DNA of 64,000 nucleotides from Octopus vulgaris (Eukaryota), in the NCBI GenBank assembly GCA_951406725.2, contig OX597818.1:56668001-56732000 (forward strand). The letters are read 5' to 3'. Below are positions 40,258-52,494 of this stretch, one piece after another; position 1 is the first letter of the stretch, and every line of letters begins with the position of its first letter. A program made the position numbers and the translations under genes. The notes under the pieces were generated by a model that worked only from the letters and a program-made list of their open reading frames with translations, did no database searches and was not told the DNA's origin.

Positions 40258-40824
40258 TTAGAAAGATAGATGTGAGAAAATATTTATGTATGTATATACA
40301 TGCATATATACATATATACATGTATACACACACTCACCCACATGGAGACACATACATACAGTTGTAGTGAAATGGTACACCGCTTCCCATTTGGCAAAGT
40401 GGTATGACCCAGCCACTATGAAGACGTCAGTCAGTAGTAGTAAAGTCGTTGTACAAGTTTCTCAGTTGGAGTCAGTGTCAGTTATGTGATATATACAGGC
40501 TCAAGTTACCGTCAAGGTAGACATTTCAAAGTCATTGTCTTACGGAGCTATCAGCGATAGCACCACGATAGCCGAGTCAAAGATAATAAGACATGGAATA
40601 GTGTCACAACATTAATACTGGCGACAAGAATATTACTGTGGTGACGATAATATACAAGTAGCCGAGGATCCACTTTATGACACACAGACATACGTACATA
40701 CATACATACTTATATACATACATATAAATCTACAGTGTGTGTGTATCTATATATTCACACACACGAATATATATATATATACACACACACATACGAATAT
40801 ATATATATATACACACACACACGA

Positions 40825-40887
<63 letters not shown>

Positions 40888-40892
40888 CACAC

Positions 40893-40929
<37 letters not shown>

Positions 40930-40990
40930 TATATATATATATATATATATGCACACACACACATATGTATATATATATATATACATGTAT

Positions 40991-41022
<32 letters not shown>

Positions 41023-41239
41023 CTTTATATATAAAGAGGAGAGAGAGAGTGAAAGAGAGAGGGAAAAAGAGAGAGGGAAAAAGAGAGAGAGAGAGAGAGT
41101 TAGCAACAACTTTTATTTGTATAATGTTGCTGTCAGTTGTCAGATAATTAGAGCTCAGCTGTTGCACAGAAACTATTTGTCAATATAGATATATCTTATG
41201 TTTAAGGTACCTACATTTTTTATGTCAGGTCATTGTAGT

Positions 41240-42365
41240 AGCGGTGGTGGAGGTAAGGTGATTCTTGTGGAGTTGGTGTTGGTGGTGGGGGAGGTGGTAG
41301 TCATGATGACAATGACAATGATGCTGATGATGATGACAACTACAAATGATGACAATGATAATGGTATGGAGAAGATGATGACGATCCTCATGGCGGTGGT
41401 GAAAACAATGACAAAAGAGATAATGACGACAATGATGATCATCATGGCAGTGGTGGTGGTGGTAGTGGTGGTGGTGGTGGTGGTAGTGGTGTGGTGGTGG
41501 TGGTAGTGATGGTTGTGGTGTTGGCAGTGGTGATGGTGGTGGTGTTGGCAGTGGTGATGGTGGTGGTGGTAGTGGTGGTGGTGGTAGTGATGGTGGTGGT
41601 GTTGGCAGTGGTGATAGTAGTGATGATGGTGGTGGTGCAGTGGCAGTGGTGGTGGTGGTGGTGGTGGTGGTGGTGGTGTGCTGGTGGTGTTGGCAGTGGT
41701 GATGGTGGTGGTGATGGTAGTGGTGGTGGTGGTAGTGATGGTGGTGGTGTTGGCAGTGGTGATAGTAGTGATGATGGTGGTGTTGGCAGTGGTGATGGTG
41801 GTGGTGCTGGTGGTGGTGGTGGTGTGGTGGTGGTGGTGGTAGTGGTGGTGGTGGTGGTAGTGATGGTGGTGGTGGTGGTGGTGGTGGTGGTGGTGGTGGT
41901 AGTAGTGGTGGTGGTGGTGGTAGTGATGGTGGTGGTGTTGGCAGTGGTGGTGGTGGTGGTGGTGGTGGTGGTGGTGGTGGTGGTGGTGGTGGTGGTGGTA
42001 GTGCAGGTGGTGTTGGCAGTGGTGATGGTGGTGCTGGTAGTGGTGATGGTGGTGGTGATGGTGATGGTGGTAGTAGTGATGATGTTGGTGTTGGCAGTGG
42101 TGATGGTGGTGGTGGTGGTGGTGGTAGTAGTGATGGTGGTGGTGGTAATGGTGTGGTATTTCTTGTAGATTTGGTGTCGTCACTGGTGGTGGTGATGGAG
42201 GTAGTAGCAGTGATGATGATGACGACGATGACAACAACAACAATAGCAATAATGATGATGATCATCATAACAACAGAAATGACGATGATGATGATGATGG
42301 AAGTTGATGATTTTAGATTTGACGATGGTGATGAGGAGGAGATTATGACGATGATGATGACACTG
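41240..42365. repeat. (GGT)n/(GAT)n trinucleotide field with recurring ggtgttggcagtggtgat unit
   Basis: Directly visible. Source of the poly-P/H/V/T ORFs. Confidence 0.92.
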
Positions 42366-43318
42366 ATAAGGACCGAGATAATTGAAACTACCTTCCTATT
42401 TAATTGCAATCTAAATTAGATTACCTTCTTATTAATGACCTGTCGACAGACAATATTTCGTTAGGCAACCATGACATACTACAATGTATATTAAACACTT
42501 TTATAAGTCAATACCACGTCCTACTGTGTTAGCAGTGCTACTACATCACTTGTTAAGATTACCTCTCTTTACTCTTTGACTTGTTTCAGTCATTTGACTG
42601 CGGCCATGCTGGAGCACCGCCTTTAATCGAGCAACGCGACCCCGGGACTTATTCTTTTGTAAGCCCAGTACTTATTCAATCGGTCTCTTTTGCCGAACCG
42701 CTACGTAACGGGGATGTAAACACACCAGCACCGGTTGTCAAGCAATGCTAGGGGAACAAACACAGACACACAAACAAACACACACATACATCATCATCAT
42801 CATCATCGTTTAACGTCCGTTCTCCATGCTAGCATGGGTTGGACGGTTCGACCGGGGATCTGGGAAGCCAGAAGGCTGCACCAGGCTCCGGTCTTATCTG
42901 GCAAAGTTTCTACAGCTGGATGCCCTTCCTAACGCCAACCACTCCGAGAGTGTAGTGGATGCTTTTTACGTGCGACATACATATATACATATATATACAT
43001 ATATATATATACGACAGGCTTCTTTCAGTTTCCGTCTACCAAATCCACTCACAAGGCTTTGGTCAGCCCGGGGCTATAGCAGAAGACACTTGCCCAAAAT
43101 GCCACGCAGTGGGACTGAACCTGGAACCATGTGGTTGGCAAGCAAGCTACTTACCACACAGCCACTCCTGCGCCTAAAGATTTGCTATAGAAATTATGGC
43201 CGGCACTGATTTTTCTTATGGTGTTTCATATCCAAGATACCTGATGTAAACAATGAAATCGAACATTATTTACATTATTTACATTTGATAGATATTTGTC
43301 CTCATCTTGTTTGTTGTT

Positions 43319-43617
43319 AACACAACCTTTCGGCTGATATACCCTCCAGCCTTCATCAGGTGTCTTGGGGAAATTTCGAACCTGGGTTCTCATTCCTAAG
43401 GTATTTTTTTGATGTTATTATTATAACATATGGCGTAGTGGTTAACAGCATGGGCTACTAACCCCAAGATTACGAGTTCGATTCCAAGTAGTGACCTGAA
43501 CAATAATAATAATAATGATAATAACAACTTCAAAAAATACCTTAGGAATGAGAACCCAGGTTCGAAATTTCTCCAAGACACCTGATGAAGGCTGGAGGGT
43601 ATATCAGCTGAAACATT
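43319..43617. mobile_element. Composite element: inverted ~100-bp arms, each carrying a hammerhead motif, flanking a tRNA-like Pol III head (43431-43500)
   Basis: Left arm 43324-43424 is the reverse complement of right arm ~43515-43617. Minus-strand HHR 43319-43364 is gacac-CTGATGA-a-ggctg..cagcc-GAAA-GG-TT-gtgtt. Plus-strand HHR 43577-43617 is truncated after GAAACATT. A box tggcgtagtgg, B box gagttcgattcc. Confidence 0.85.
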
Positions 43618-45149
43618 TTGGGGGTCAATAAAATAAGTACCAGTTGAGCACTGGGTCAATGTAATCGATTTAATCCGTTTGTCTGTCCTTGTTTGTCCCC
43701 TCTATGTTTAGCCCCTTGTGGGTAGTAATGAAATAGGTATTTCTGAACTTTCTCCCCATCAGGATATTCAGTACTTATGTTTCCTTTTACACATGTTGCA
43801 TTATTGCCCTTATGAAATTCCTGAAGCATGCAATGCAGAATATGCAGCCACTAAAGGTCATGACTTCCATGGGCTATCAGACAGAACTTACCCCTGACCC
43901 CCAAATTGCTGGCCTTGTGCCAAAATTTGAAACCAATATTTCATATAGCATTCTCAAGGCAAAAATTACTTTTGATTAAAATCAAAGTCATTGAATGAGA
44001 TTGAACCTGCTGTTCCATTGTTACTGATTCTGGTTCAACCTGTTTGGCCCAATGATTCATGTGTCGTTGAAACTGGCCCAGGAAACGAAGAAGAGGAGGA
44101 GGAGAAGAGCCAACAGGATGTAGAGTTCTCGTGATATTTTCAAGGCTTTCCCTGATTTGTTGGTTGGTTGATTCATCATACATACTCACAGTCACTCTCT
44201 AGCAAGATTCCTACCAACGCCCATTATATATATTGCCTTATTTATTACATTTAAACCCACTTGTCATTCAGAATCCAGGCATTCCCCCAAAATAAAAGTA
44301 ATAATAAATATCTGAATATAAACATATATAAAAAGTACAAATTATATAAATCAATGACCTTATTAGCCTCTTTTTGAAATATCTGCAGCCATATCAGCTT
44401 TGCAAAGGAACAAAATGAATACAACATATTAATAAAAGGCACAGGAGTGGCTGTGTGGTAAATAGCTTGTTTACCAACCACATGGTTCTGGGTTCAGTCC
44501 CACTGCGTGGCACCTAGGGCAAGTGTCTTCTACTATAGCCTCGGGCCGACCAAAGCCTTGTGAGTGGATTTGGTAGACAGAAACTGAAAGAAGCCCGTCG
44601 TATATATGTATATATATATATGTATGTGTGTGTATATGTTTATGTGTTTGTGTTTGCACCCCCAACATCGCTTGATAACTGATGTTGGTGTGTTTACGTC
44701 CCCGTAACTCAGCGGTTCAGCAAAAGAGACCGATAAAATAAGTACTAGGCTTACAAAGAATAAAGTCCTGGGGGTCGATTTGTTCGACTAAAGGTGGTGC
44801 TCCAGCATGGCCACAGTCACGACTGAAACAAGTGAAAAAAATGAGTAACCCCCCCACCTTCCACTATTGCATACAAATGCAATATAAGAGAGAGAAATGC
44901 CAAACCATTGGTTGTTGTTTCATTGTTCAATCTTTGTTAAATCCTTTGTTTCATTGTAAAGTCTTTGTTAAATCCTCTTGTTTATTGTTAAAAAAACCCA
45001 TCTATTTGCTGAGTTGTATACAGTGAATAGATTGAAATACAATCATAAAAAGTGGATTGGCAGAAAGTCTGTTGTCTGTAATGTGAAATTCCTTCCAGTC
45101 TTTTACAGGCTTTATGTGTAAATCCCACACAAGTCCATTTTGCTTGTTC

Positions 45150-45490
45150 ATTCCTCTGAGAGAGTTTTCTCAGCTGAATTGCATCAGGGCAGGCACAGGT
45201 GTGGTGGTCAGAAGTTGCAATACAGGGATGTGCAGAAGAAACATATGAAGAACTCTGGCCTCTCCTCCGACACCTGGGAGGAGGGGGTCCTGCAGTGTGA
45301 TGAATGATATCGATAATTGGAGCTTTTGAGTTCAGCCGTTGAGGAGATACTACAGAGAGAATAATAAAGGGCACACGAGAGATGTCGTTTCTCCGTTGTG
45401 TCAAGTAGCTTCACCTGCAGCAGAGGTCCTCACTGCTGCAGATCAAGAAGAGCAGGTCTTGTAGTCCCCAAGTGAGCCTGCCAGAGATGA
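45150..45490 (+). pseudogene. Decayed RTE/BovB-type LINE C-terminus
   Basis: GGQKLQYRDVQKKHMKNSGLSSDTWE and a terminal FTC..CRSR.AGL zinc-knuckle-like remnant. Confidence 0.65.
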
Positions 45491-46476
45491 TTACTAAATG
45501 AGAACAGTCACTGTCAACTTGTGACGGACAGCCAAAATTTGAAACCAATATTAAGAGCAAACAAAGGTGGCAAGCTGGTCGGAGTTGTTACCATGCCAAC
45601 ATACATACGACGGGCTTCTTTCAGTTTCCATCTATCAAATCCATTCACAAGGCTTTGGTCGGCCCGAGGCTATAGTAGAAGACACTCGCCCAAGGTTTCA
45701 TACAGTGGGAATGAACCCAGACTCGTGGTTGGTAAGCAAGCTACTTACCACACAGCCACTCCTGCACCTCTAGCGGAGCTAGAGTGTGTGCTGCCTGGGG
45801 TGGCCCTTCCGTTTGCTGCCCCTGGACCCCACAAAAAAACACATATTGCCTACAGCAGACCCAAAACTGACCCCCCCTTAAAAGTGCTACCTGGAGCAGA
45901 CACCCCCTCCCCAGCTTTGCTAGCGATTTCAAGCAAAATGTTTAGCAACATTTCATTAATTTTTTATGCTCTGAGCTCAAATTTCACTGCAGTCAACTTT
46001 GCCTTTCACCCCCTTTTGGGGTCCATAAAATAAGTACCAGTTGAGCACTGGGGTCAATGTAATTGACTTACCCCCTCTCCCAAAACTGCTGGCCTTGTGC
46101 CAAAATTTTAAACCAATATTTCATATTGCATTCTCAAGGCAAAAATGAACAAATCGACCCTGGGACTTATTCTTTGTAAGCCTAGTACTTATTCTATCAG
46201 TTTCCTTTGCCGAACCGCTAAGTTACAGGGGCATAAACACACCAACATCGGTTGTCAAACGATGGTAGGGGGACAGACACACAAACATATACACACACAT
46301 ACATACATACATACATATATATATATACAACGGGATTCTTCCAGTTTCTGTCAACCATATTCACTCACAAAGCTTTGGTTGGCACGAAGCTAAAGTAGAA
46401 GACACTTGCCCAAGGTGCCATGCAGTGGGACTTAGCCTGGACCCATGTGGTTGGGAAGCACAGCCACTCCTGCACC

Positions 46477-46507
<31 letters not shown>

Positions 46508-46620
46508 ATAAGGGTAGAAATTGATATTAATCAATTAAAACCAGTGGCCTAGCATATTTAAAAAAACCCGAAGATTAAAACTTTTTTACATACAAAATTT
46601 TTAATCTTCAGATATTTTAA

Positions 46621-46667
<47 letters not shown>

Positions 46668-47269
46668 CACACATACACACACACGCTCACGACAGGGTTC
46701 TTTCAGTTTCCATCTACCAAATCAAATTCGCAAGGCTTTGGTTGGCCTGAGGCTATAGTAGAAGACACTTGCCCAAGGTGCCACACAGTGGGACTGAACC
46801 CGGAACACACACATACATACATACAAACATATATAAACAAAAATACCCTGTTGTTAATGTTGAAATTCCAATGAAGGAGCCTTGGATCTCGGTTAGAAAC
46901 TGGTTCTTTCTCTATTGGCAAGAAATCTTGAAATAAACTAATTACATACATATATGGAGGCGCAATGGCCTAGTGGTTAGGGCAGCAGACTCATGGTTGT
47001 AGGATCGCGGTTTCGAATACCAGATTGGTCGTTGTGCGTATTTATTGAGCGAAAACACCTAAAGCTCCACGAGGCTCCGGCAGGGGGTGGTGACGATCCC
47101 TGCTGTACTCTTTCACCACAACTTTCTCTCAATCTTACTTCTGTTGGCCTGCTCGCCCAGGCACCAGGGTGGCCTCATTTGACAGCTAAAACAATGCGAA
47201 GCGCATTGTGACCAGCGATGTGTAGCAGCATCTGATAGCCTGATCGGTCACGGTGATCACATACATATA

Positions 47270-47645
47270 TTAGCTCTTTCTGTGTCATAAGGAACATAAA
47301 GCCACAACATGATCTCCCCAAGCAGCTCTGCTTTCCGCCTCTATTCAGTTTCCCACCCTTCTTGTCTCCTTTCCTTGTCAACGATCCTTCGCCATGTGAT
47401 TTTAGAGCGCCCTGCTGCTCTTTTCTGCTCAGGTTGCCACTTTACTGCCACCATCCAGTTGCCTTTGTTGATCTTGCCTGAGGACATGTCTAATCTGGTT
47501 CCGGAGTCTGGGTCTTATTTCATCACTGATCTCGTTCATGACCATTTTGTCATCTCAACTGTCTCACTTTGGACTCTTTGCAGCCACTTGATGTCGAGTA
47601 TTCTCCTTAAGCGTCGGAATTGGAAGCTGTCCATTGTTTTTTCCT
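47270..47645 (-). pseudogene. Decayed RTE-type LINE C-terminus
   Basis: Minus strand gives RRLRRILDIKWLQRV, RHVLRQ and KWQPEQKRAAGRSKITWRRIV with frameshifts. Confidence 0.75.
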
Positions 47646-47953
47646 CCACACACACACACACACACACGTGACATTTTATAACTATATCTATATATTTATA
47701 CACACATATACACACACGTGTGTGTGTGTGTCTATATATATATATATATATGTGATATTTTATAAATATATCTATAGCTATATATAAGTATATATTTATA
47801 TAATATATGTGTGTGATATTTTATAAATGTATCTATAGCTATAAATATATGTATATATATATAAATATATATAATAATAAATATTAGGGAATAAATCCAA
47901 ATTTACAGGGAAAAATCAGATTTAGGATTAAATCCAATTTTATAGTAAAATAT

Positions 47954-48064
47954 TATATAATATAATTCGAGACAAAACCACTATTTTGCAAAACAAACAA
48001 GGAAAGACTTAATCAATAAGTTGTTTGTTTTGCAAAATAGTGGTTTTGTCTCAATTAATTATAT

Positions 48065-48070
<6 letters not shown>
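47954..48070. repeat. Hairpin with a perfect 32-bp stem (47969-48000 / 48021-48052) and 20-nt loop
   Basis: gagacaaaaccactattttgcaaaacaaacaa and its exact reverse complement. Confidence 0.9.
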
Positions 48071-48119
<49 letters not shown>

Positions 48120-48440
48120 TTGCTAAATGTGTATATAATCTAGCATCAAATTTTTTTTAAACGGATATATATTTTAATTTATTAATTTATTAATATTTTA
48201 CAGCTAATTATTTACCCCGGGTATTCAGGCTTTTTCCTTCTTTATAAGCTATTTTTTGATTTAAGGTTCTCTTCGATTTTTATAATAAAATGATTTTAAA
48301 CCGCAATTTGTTATTGCATGCAACCAGTTATTGAAAAGATCGTTAGTTGAAAGGACCAATGAAACAAAACCATTTTTAAATGTGTATCTATCAAACTAAT
48401 TGCATTTCTGCATGTAACTTTATCTTGCTCCATTCTAAAC

Positions 48441-48486
48441 AAAACTGTCCGATGAACGGGAACGTGAAACTCTGAGTAACAGTTTT
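48441..48486 (+). ncRNA. Compact type I hammerhead motif with CCGATGA core
   Basis: aaaactgt-CCGATGA-acg-ggaa-cgt-GAAA-ctctgag-TA-acagtttt. 8-bp stem I, GNRA-capped stem II, GUA site, AATAAA about 23 nt downstream. Confidence 0.8.
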
Positions 48487-49037
48487 TGTGATATTCTTGC
48501 TGCTTTTTAATAAAGCATATTACTCTACATCCGGTATTCTAGTACTATTTTTCCCCACCTTGTTTTGCATTTATGTGCTCACTCTGGTACATATATGGTG
48601 GCTGCACCCTCGTTGTCGAGTATGGCCATTGCACGAAGCTTAATCAATGTTGTTATTGTGCAATGCCTGTGCAAGAAGATTTTTTTTTAAAGTGAGGAAA
48701 GGCTGTGCACTGAGTCAATCCCACTCACTAAGCAACAGCAGCCATAATCGGAAAAGAAGAACAAGTCAACATTATCGGTAACCACTGTATACATACATAC
48801 ATATATATATATAGAGAGAGAGCAATAAGAAAATGGAGGGGATCAATAGGTGTTTCATCAACTTTTAGACATTATACTATGTCAACTTATTTATTTACTA
48901 AAATGACAATTACAAGAATATACATACATATATATATACATGCATAATATATTATGATTTACATATAAAATATATTGATATATAAAGATACCAGTAATTA
49001 TTAAAATATAACATACAGGAATATAAATTGGGAAAAT

Positions 49038-49161
49038 AACTTACAGCTGTTTCAGCTAAGAGGTAAAAATACCTCATTCCACCTTTATTCCTCCTGTAGA
49101 CTGAAGTAATAAGTAGATGAAATTGAGGTACTTGGGTGTTTCTCTAGGCTTCATCAGAGAT
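49038..49161 (-). ncRNA. Type I hammerhead motif with long stem II and canonical core, in a Penelope-like pLTR fragment (~48822-49190)
   Basis: Minus strand: atct-CTGATGA-agc[long hairpin incl. tacctca/tgaggta]gct-GAAA-CAGCTG-TA-agtt. Confidence 0.78.
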
Positions 49162-49195
49162 TTTAGAAAGTACATAAGGTCAAGTTATAAATAAA

Positions 49196-49588
49196 TCTAT
49201 AATTATAAAGCTGAAGTTGTCAGTGTATGGCAGGTTTGGTAGCCTTCAACTAACACTATCTCCTCCGAGACCCTGTGGCGCAAGTTAACCAAAATTGAGA
49301 GTATGATAGAAAAAGGCTTGCTCTTCCTTCCGTAGAAGAAAAAATTCAAATCAGACCATGTTAACACCAAAAATTATTTACATCAAAAAGGTGCTTTTTT
49401 TCAATGAAAATCCCTATTTTTTTTACAATTTTTTGACTGCTGTGTCGCCATTTTTTGGTGTATTTCAACCAGAAAAATGTTCACTTAAAGAGAATAACAA
49501 GCTACATAATGCAAAATTTTTACTTTTCCAAAATTCCAATTCTAAAGGGTTGAAACAAACCCGAGCAACACAGGGCGATACTGGCTAG
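49196..49588 (+). mobile_element. Non-autonomous Helitron (393 bp)
   Basis: a|TC start, subterminal hairpin cccgagcaacacaggg and CTAG|t end. Second copy at 35830-36217 on the minus strand. Confidence 0.85.
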
Positions 49589-49956
49589 TATAAATATAAA
49601 ATTAATAAATACACACACACACACACATATACACATACACACAAGCACACAAACAGTGGCTGACTGATGTCACAGCCAAAAGCTGGGCTCATGGAAACTT
49701 TGTACATAAATTTGAAATTTATATATATAAAAAAAGAGAAATGAAAAGAATTGGTGACTTCAAAATTTTATTATAGATTGTTAGCATTTCATTTCAGCCT
49801 TGTAATTCTGGACACCCCAACGTTCATACTACTTCTTCCCACCCAATATGCTGCCGGTTAACTAATCAATCATTGAACCGGAGCATAATTTGTAATTTTA
49901 AGATAATTTCTTAAAAAAATTCATACCGAAATACACCTGATGAAACTATTGAACAG

Positions 49957-50575
49957 GCCGAGAGCTGGCAGAAACGTTAGCACATCGAGCGAAATGCTTA
50001 GCGGGATTTCTTCTGCCATTACGTTCTGAGTTCAAATTCTGCCGAGGTCGACTTTGCCTTTCATCCTTTCGGGGTCAATAAATTAAGTATCAGTTACGCA
50101 CTGGGGTCGATGTAATCAACTTAATCCGTGTGTCTGCCCTTGTTTGTCCCCTCTGTGTTTAGCCCCTTGTGGGTAGTAAAGAAATAGGTATTTCGTCTGC
50201 CATTACATTCTGAGTTCAAATTCCGCCAAGGTCGACTTTGCCTTTCATCCTTTCGGGGTCGATTAAATAAGTACCAGTTACGCACTGGGGACGGTGTAAT
50301 CGACTTAATCCTTTTGTCTGTCCTTGTTTGTCTCTTCTGTGTTTAGCCCCTTGTGGGTAATAAAGAAATAGGTATTTCGTCTGCCATTACGTTCTGAGTT
50401 CAAATTCCGCCGAGGTCGACTTTGCTTTCATCCTTTCGGGGTCGATTAAATAAGTACCAGTTACGCACTGGGGACGGTGTAATCGACTTAATCCGTTTGT
50501 CTGTCCTTGTTTGTCTCTTCTGTGTTTAGCCCCTTGTGGGTAGTAAAGAAATAGGTATTTCGTCTGCTGTTACGT
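49957..50575 (+). mobile_element. SINE family A head followed by three tandem body units (~176 bp)
   Basis: Unit tatttcgtctgcc...aaagaaatagg repeated. Similar arrays at 53420-53740 (minus) and 57669-58050 (plus). Confidence 0.88.
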
Positions 50576-50789
50576 CTTGATCATGAGAAAGGAACCTAGT
50601 TGTTTCATGCAAGAAATACATCCGGATCCCTAAATATTACACGAACACCCAATCTACTATTTTACTTAGATGGAGTCTCCAAAATTCTATATGGACTCCC
50701 GGGGAACACTGACCCCTTGGTTGAGAACCATTGATCTATACACTGACAGCATCCATAAACAGATGATTGAAGGGCGATGGATACTCCCC

Positions 50790-50920
50790 AGGAAAGAACA
50801 TTGGTGACAATATGGAACTAGGAGTGATTTATTTACATCATATCTTCATGAGTATGTGCGACGAAATAAATTTCGAGATCGTGAAAAACTATTCGCGAAT
50901 TTCATTTCGTGCAATGTTAT
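50790..50920 (+). pseudogene. Merlin-like transposase C-terminal remnant
   Basis: QYGTRSDLFTSYLHEYVRRNKF, homologous to FGTSDILFVSYLHEFLWR in the 52.5-kb fragment. Confidence 0.6.
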
Positions 50921-50935
50921 GTTTTCCAGAGAGGA

Positions 50936-51859
50936 GGTAAAGAATACATCCACCATCCGTTTTCGAAATAACAAAAACCCTAACCCCTAAACACATGGTG
51001 TACGTATTCTTAGCGGAGGTAAAGAATACCAGCCGTTTTCGGCATAACAAAAACCCTAAAATTTTCGTTGCGTGTAAGGTTGCAACACGCAACGAAAACT
51101 TTAGGAAAATAAAAATAAAGAATAAGTGGAAATTTTACCGGTGAGTGTGTTAAATAATAAGGCACAAAAAGAAAATGACTCTCCCCAGACGCAACAGAAT
51201 ATGCTTCAACACACGAACTCATATAAAGAATCTTGCAAACCAAATCCCAAAAAAACCCCCTAAACACCGGGCGTACGTATTTACTCTTTTACTTGTTTCA
51301 GTCATTTGACTGCGGCCATGCTGGAGCACCGCCTTTAATCGAGCAAATCGACCCCGGGACTTATTCTTTTTGTAAGCCCAGTACTTATTCTATCGGTCTC
51401 TTTTGCCGAACCGCTAAGTAACGGGGACATAAACACACCAGCATCGGTTGTCAAGCAATGCTAGGGGACAAACACACACATATATATATATATATATATA
51501 CGGCATATATACGACGGGCTTCTTTCAGTTTCCGTCTACCAAATCCACTCACAAGGCATTGGTCGGCCCGAGGCTATATTAGAAGTCACTTGCCCAAGGT
51601 GCCACGCAGTCGGACTGAACCCGGAACCATGTGGTTGGTAAGCATGCTACTTACCACACAGCCACTCCTGCGCCTCTTAACTTTCGCCATCATTTCTATC
51701 ATCACTACCACGTCTTGCTTTTCCCTTTTTATCTTCGACTTCTTTCTATGATTAAACTAAACACATCTTATATAACATGAAAACAGTACATATATCGGCG
51801 TTACCCTAACCCTAAACCCTAATCCTAGCCCTAACCTCCGAGTGTGCGTATTCTCTACC
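50936..51859. mobile_element. Merlin-like MITE(s) with GGTA termini and ccctaa motifs, interrupted by SINE C (51280-51674)
   Basis: ggtaaagaatac at 50936 and ~51018, gtattctctacc ending at 51859, internal aaccctaa repeats. Confidence 0.5.
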
Positions 51860-52293
51860 TTAAGCCCAAATGATTTCCAATAAACGGGAAAATGATGTTT
51901 GAATTTCGTACTTGTTACTTTTGACACGAATTATCATTAACGCCAATAATGTTCTTTTCTTTTCATTAGGGTGTAACTGTAAGAGATTAACAAATTTCGT
52001 AGGGGATTCACTATGTTAAGTAGTTTTAGACCCAATATAAGCGCGCGAGTGTGTGTGTGTATATATATAATATATAGGTTATGAGAGGTAATGGTGTCAA
52101 GAAGACCCAAAAGTGTTAGGTAATGCTGAGTAAGTGCTATGGACAGACTAGGTTAAGCTCCAGGTTCGGTGATTATGCGAATGAGGAGTCCAACGTAGGC
52201 CATATATTAGCATGCATATATATAAAAAAATTAACAAAATGAGATAAAAGAATCCAAGGCTAAGAAAGATTTCAGAACATTTATAAAGCGAAG

Positions 52294-52350
52294 GTCTTAC
52301 AGATGTTTCCAGGATATTTGGGATATTTTATATATCTCTTCATCAGAGAC
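52294..52350 (-). ncRNA. Type I hammerhead motif, partly decayed
   Basis: Minus strand: gtct-CTGATGA-agagatat..atatcctg-GAAA-CATCTG-TA-agac. Confidence 0.7.
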
Positions 52351-52494
52351 GGTGCGAGAAAATGCTTAAGCAATATATATTTATATATATATACACACAC
52401 AGGTAATTGTTTGGTTTAGTTATGTAATAAAAGTAAATAAAAATTAAGGAGAGATAAGTAATGAAAGAAGCAGTTTACTTTTTATGCAGTATAA

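Noticed and set aside
40362-40682. Possible solo LTR (TGT...ACA ends)
   Set aside because: No convincing TSD or terminal inverted repeat, and no second copy in the window.
41198-42419. Pro/His/Thr/Val-rich ORFs resembling extensin or His-rich proteins
   Set aside because: Triplet repeat open in several frames on both strands, with no unique domain or splice evidence.
43431-43500. tRNA gene (Ser-ACT-like)
   Set aside because: No acceptor stem, and it is a dispersed repeat head. All tRNA-like sequences in the window are treated as SINE heads.
43941-44195. 84-aa ORF in non-repetitive DNA, and similar unique ORFs at 23829-24044, 58246-58479 and 63226-63378
   Set aside because: No recognisable motifs. 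Host exons cannot be excluded without RNA-seq or a homology search.
51801-51836. Interstitial telomere (CCCTAA)n
   Set aside because: Short and degenerate, and it lies inside MITE sequence that carries the same motif at 50977 and 54584.
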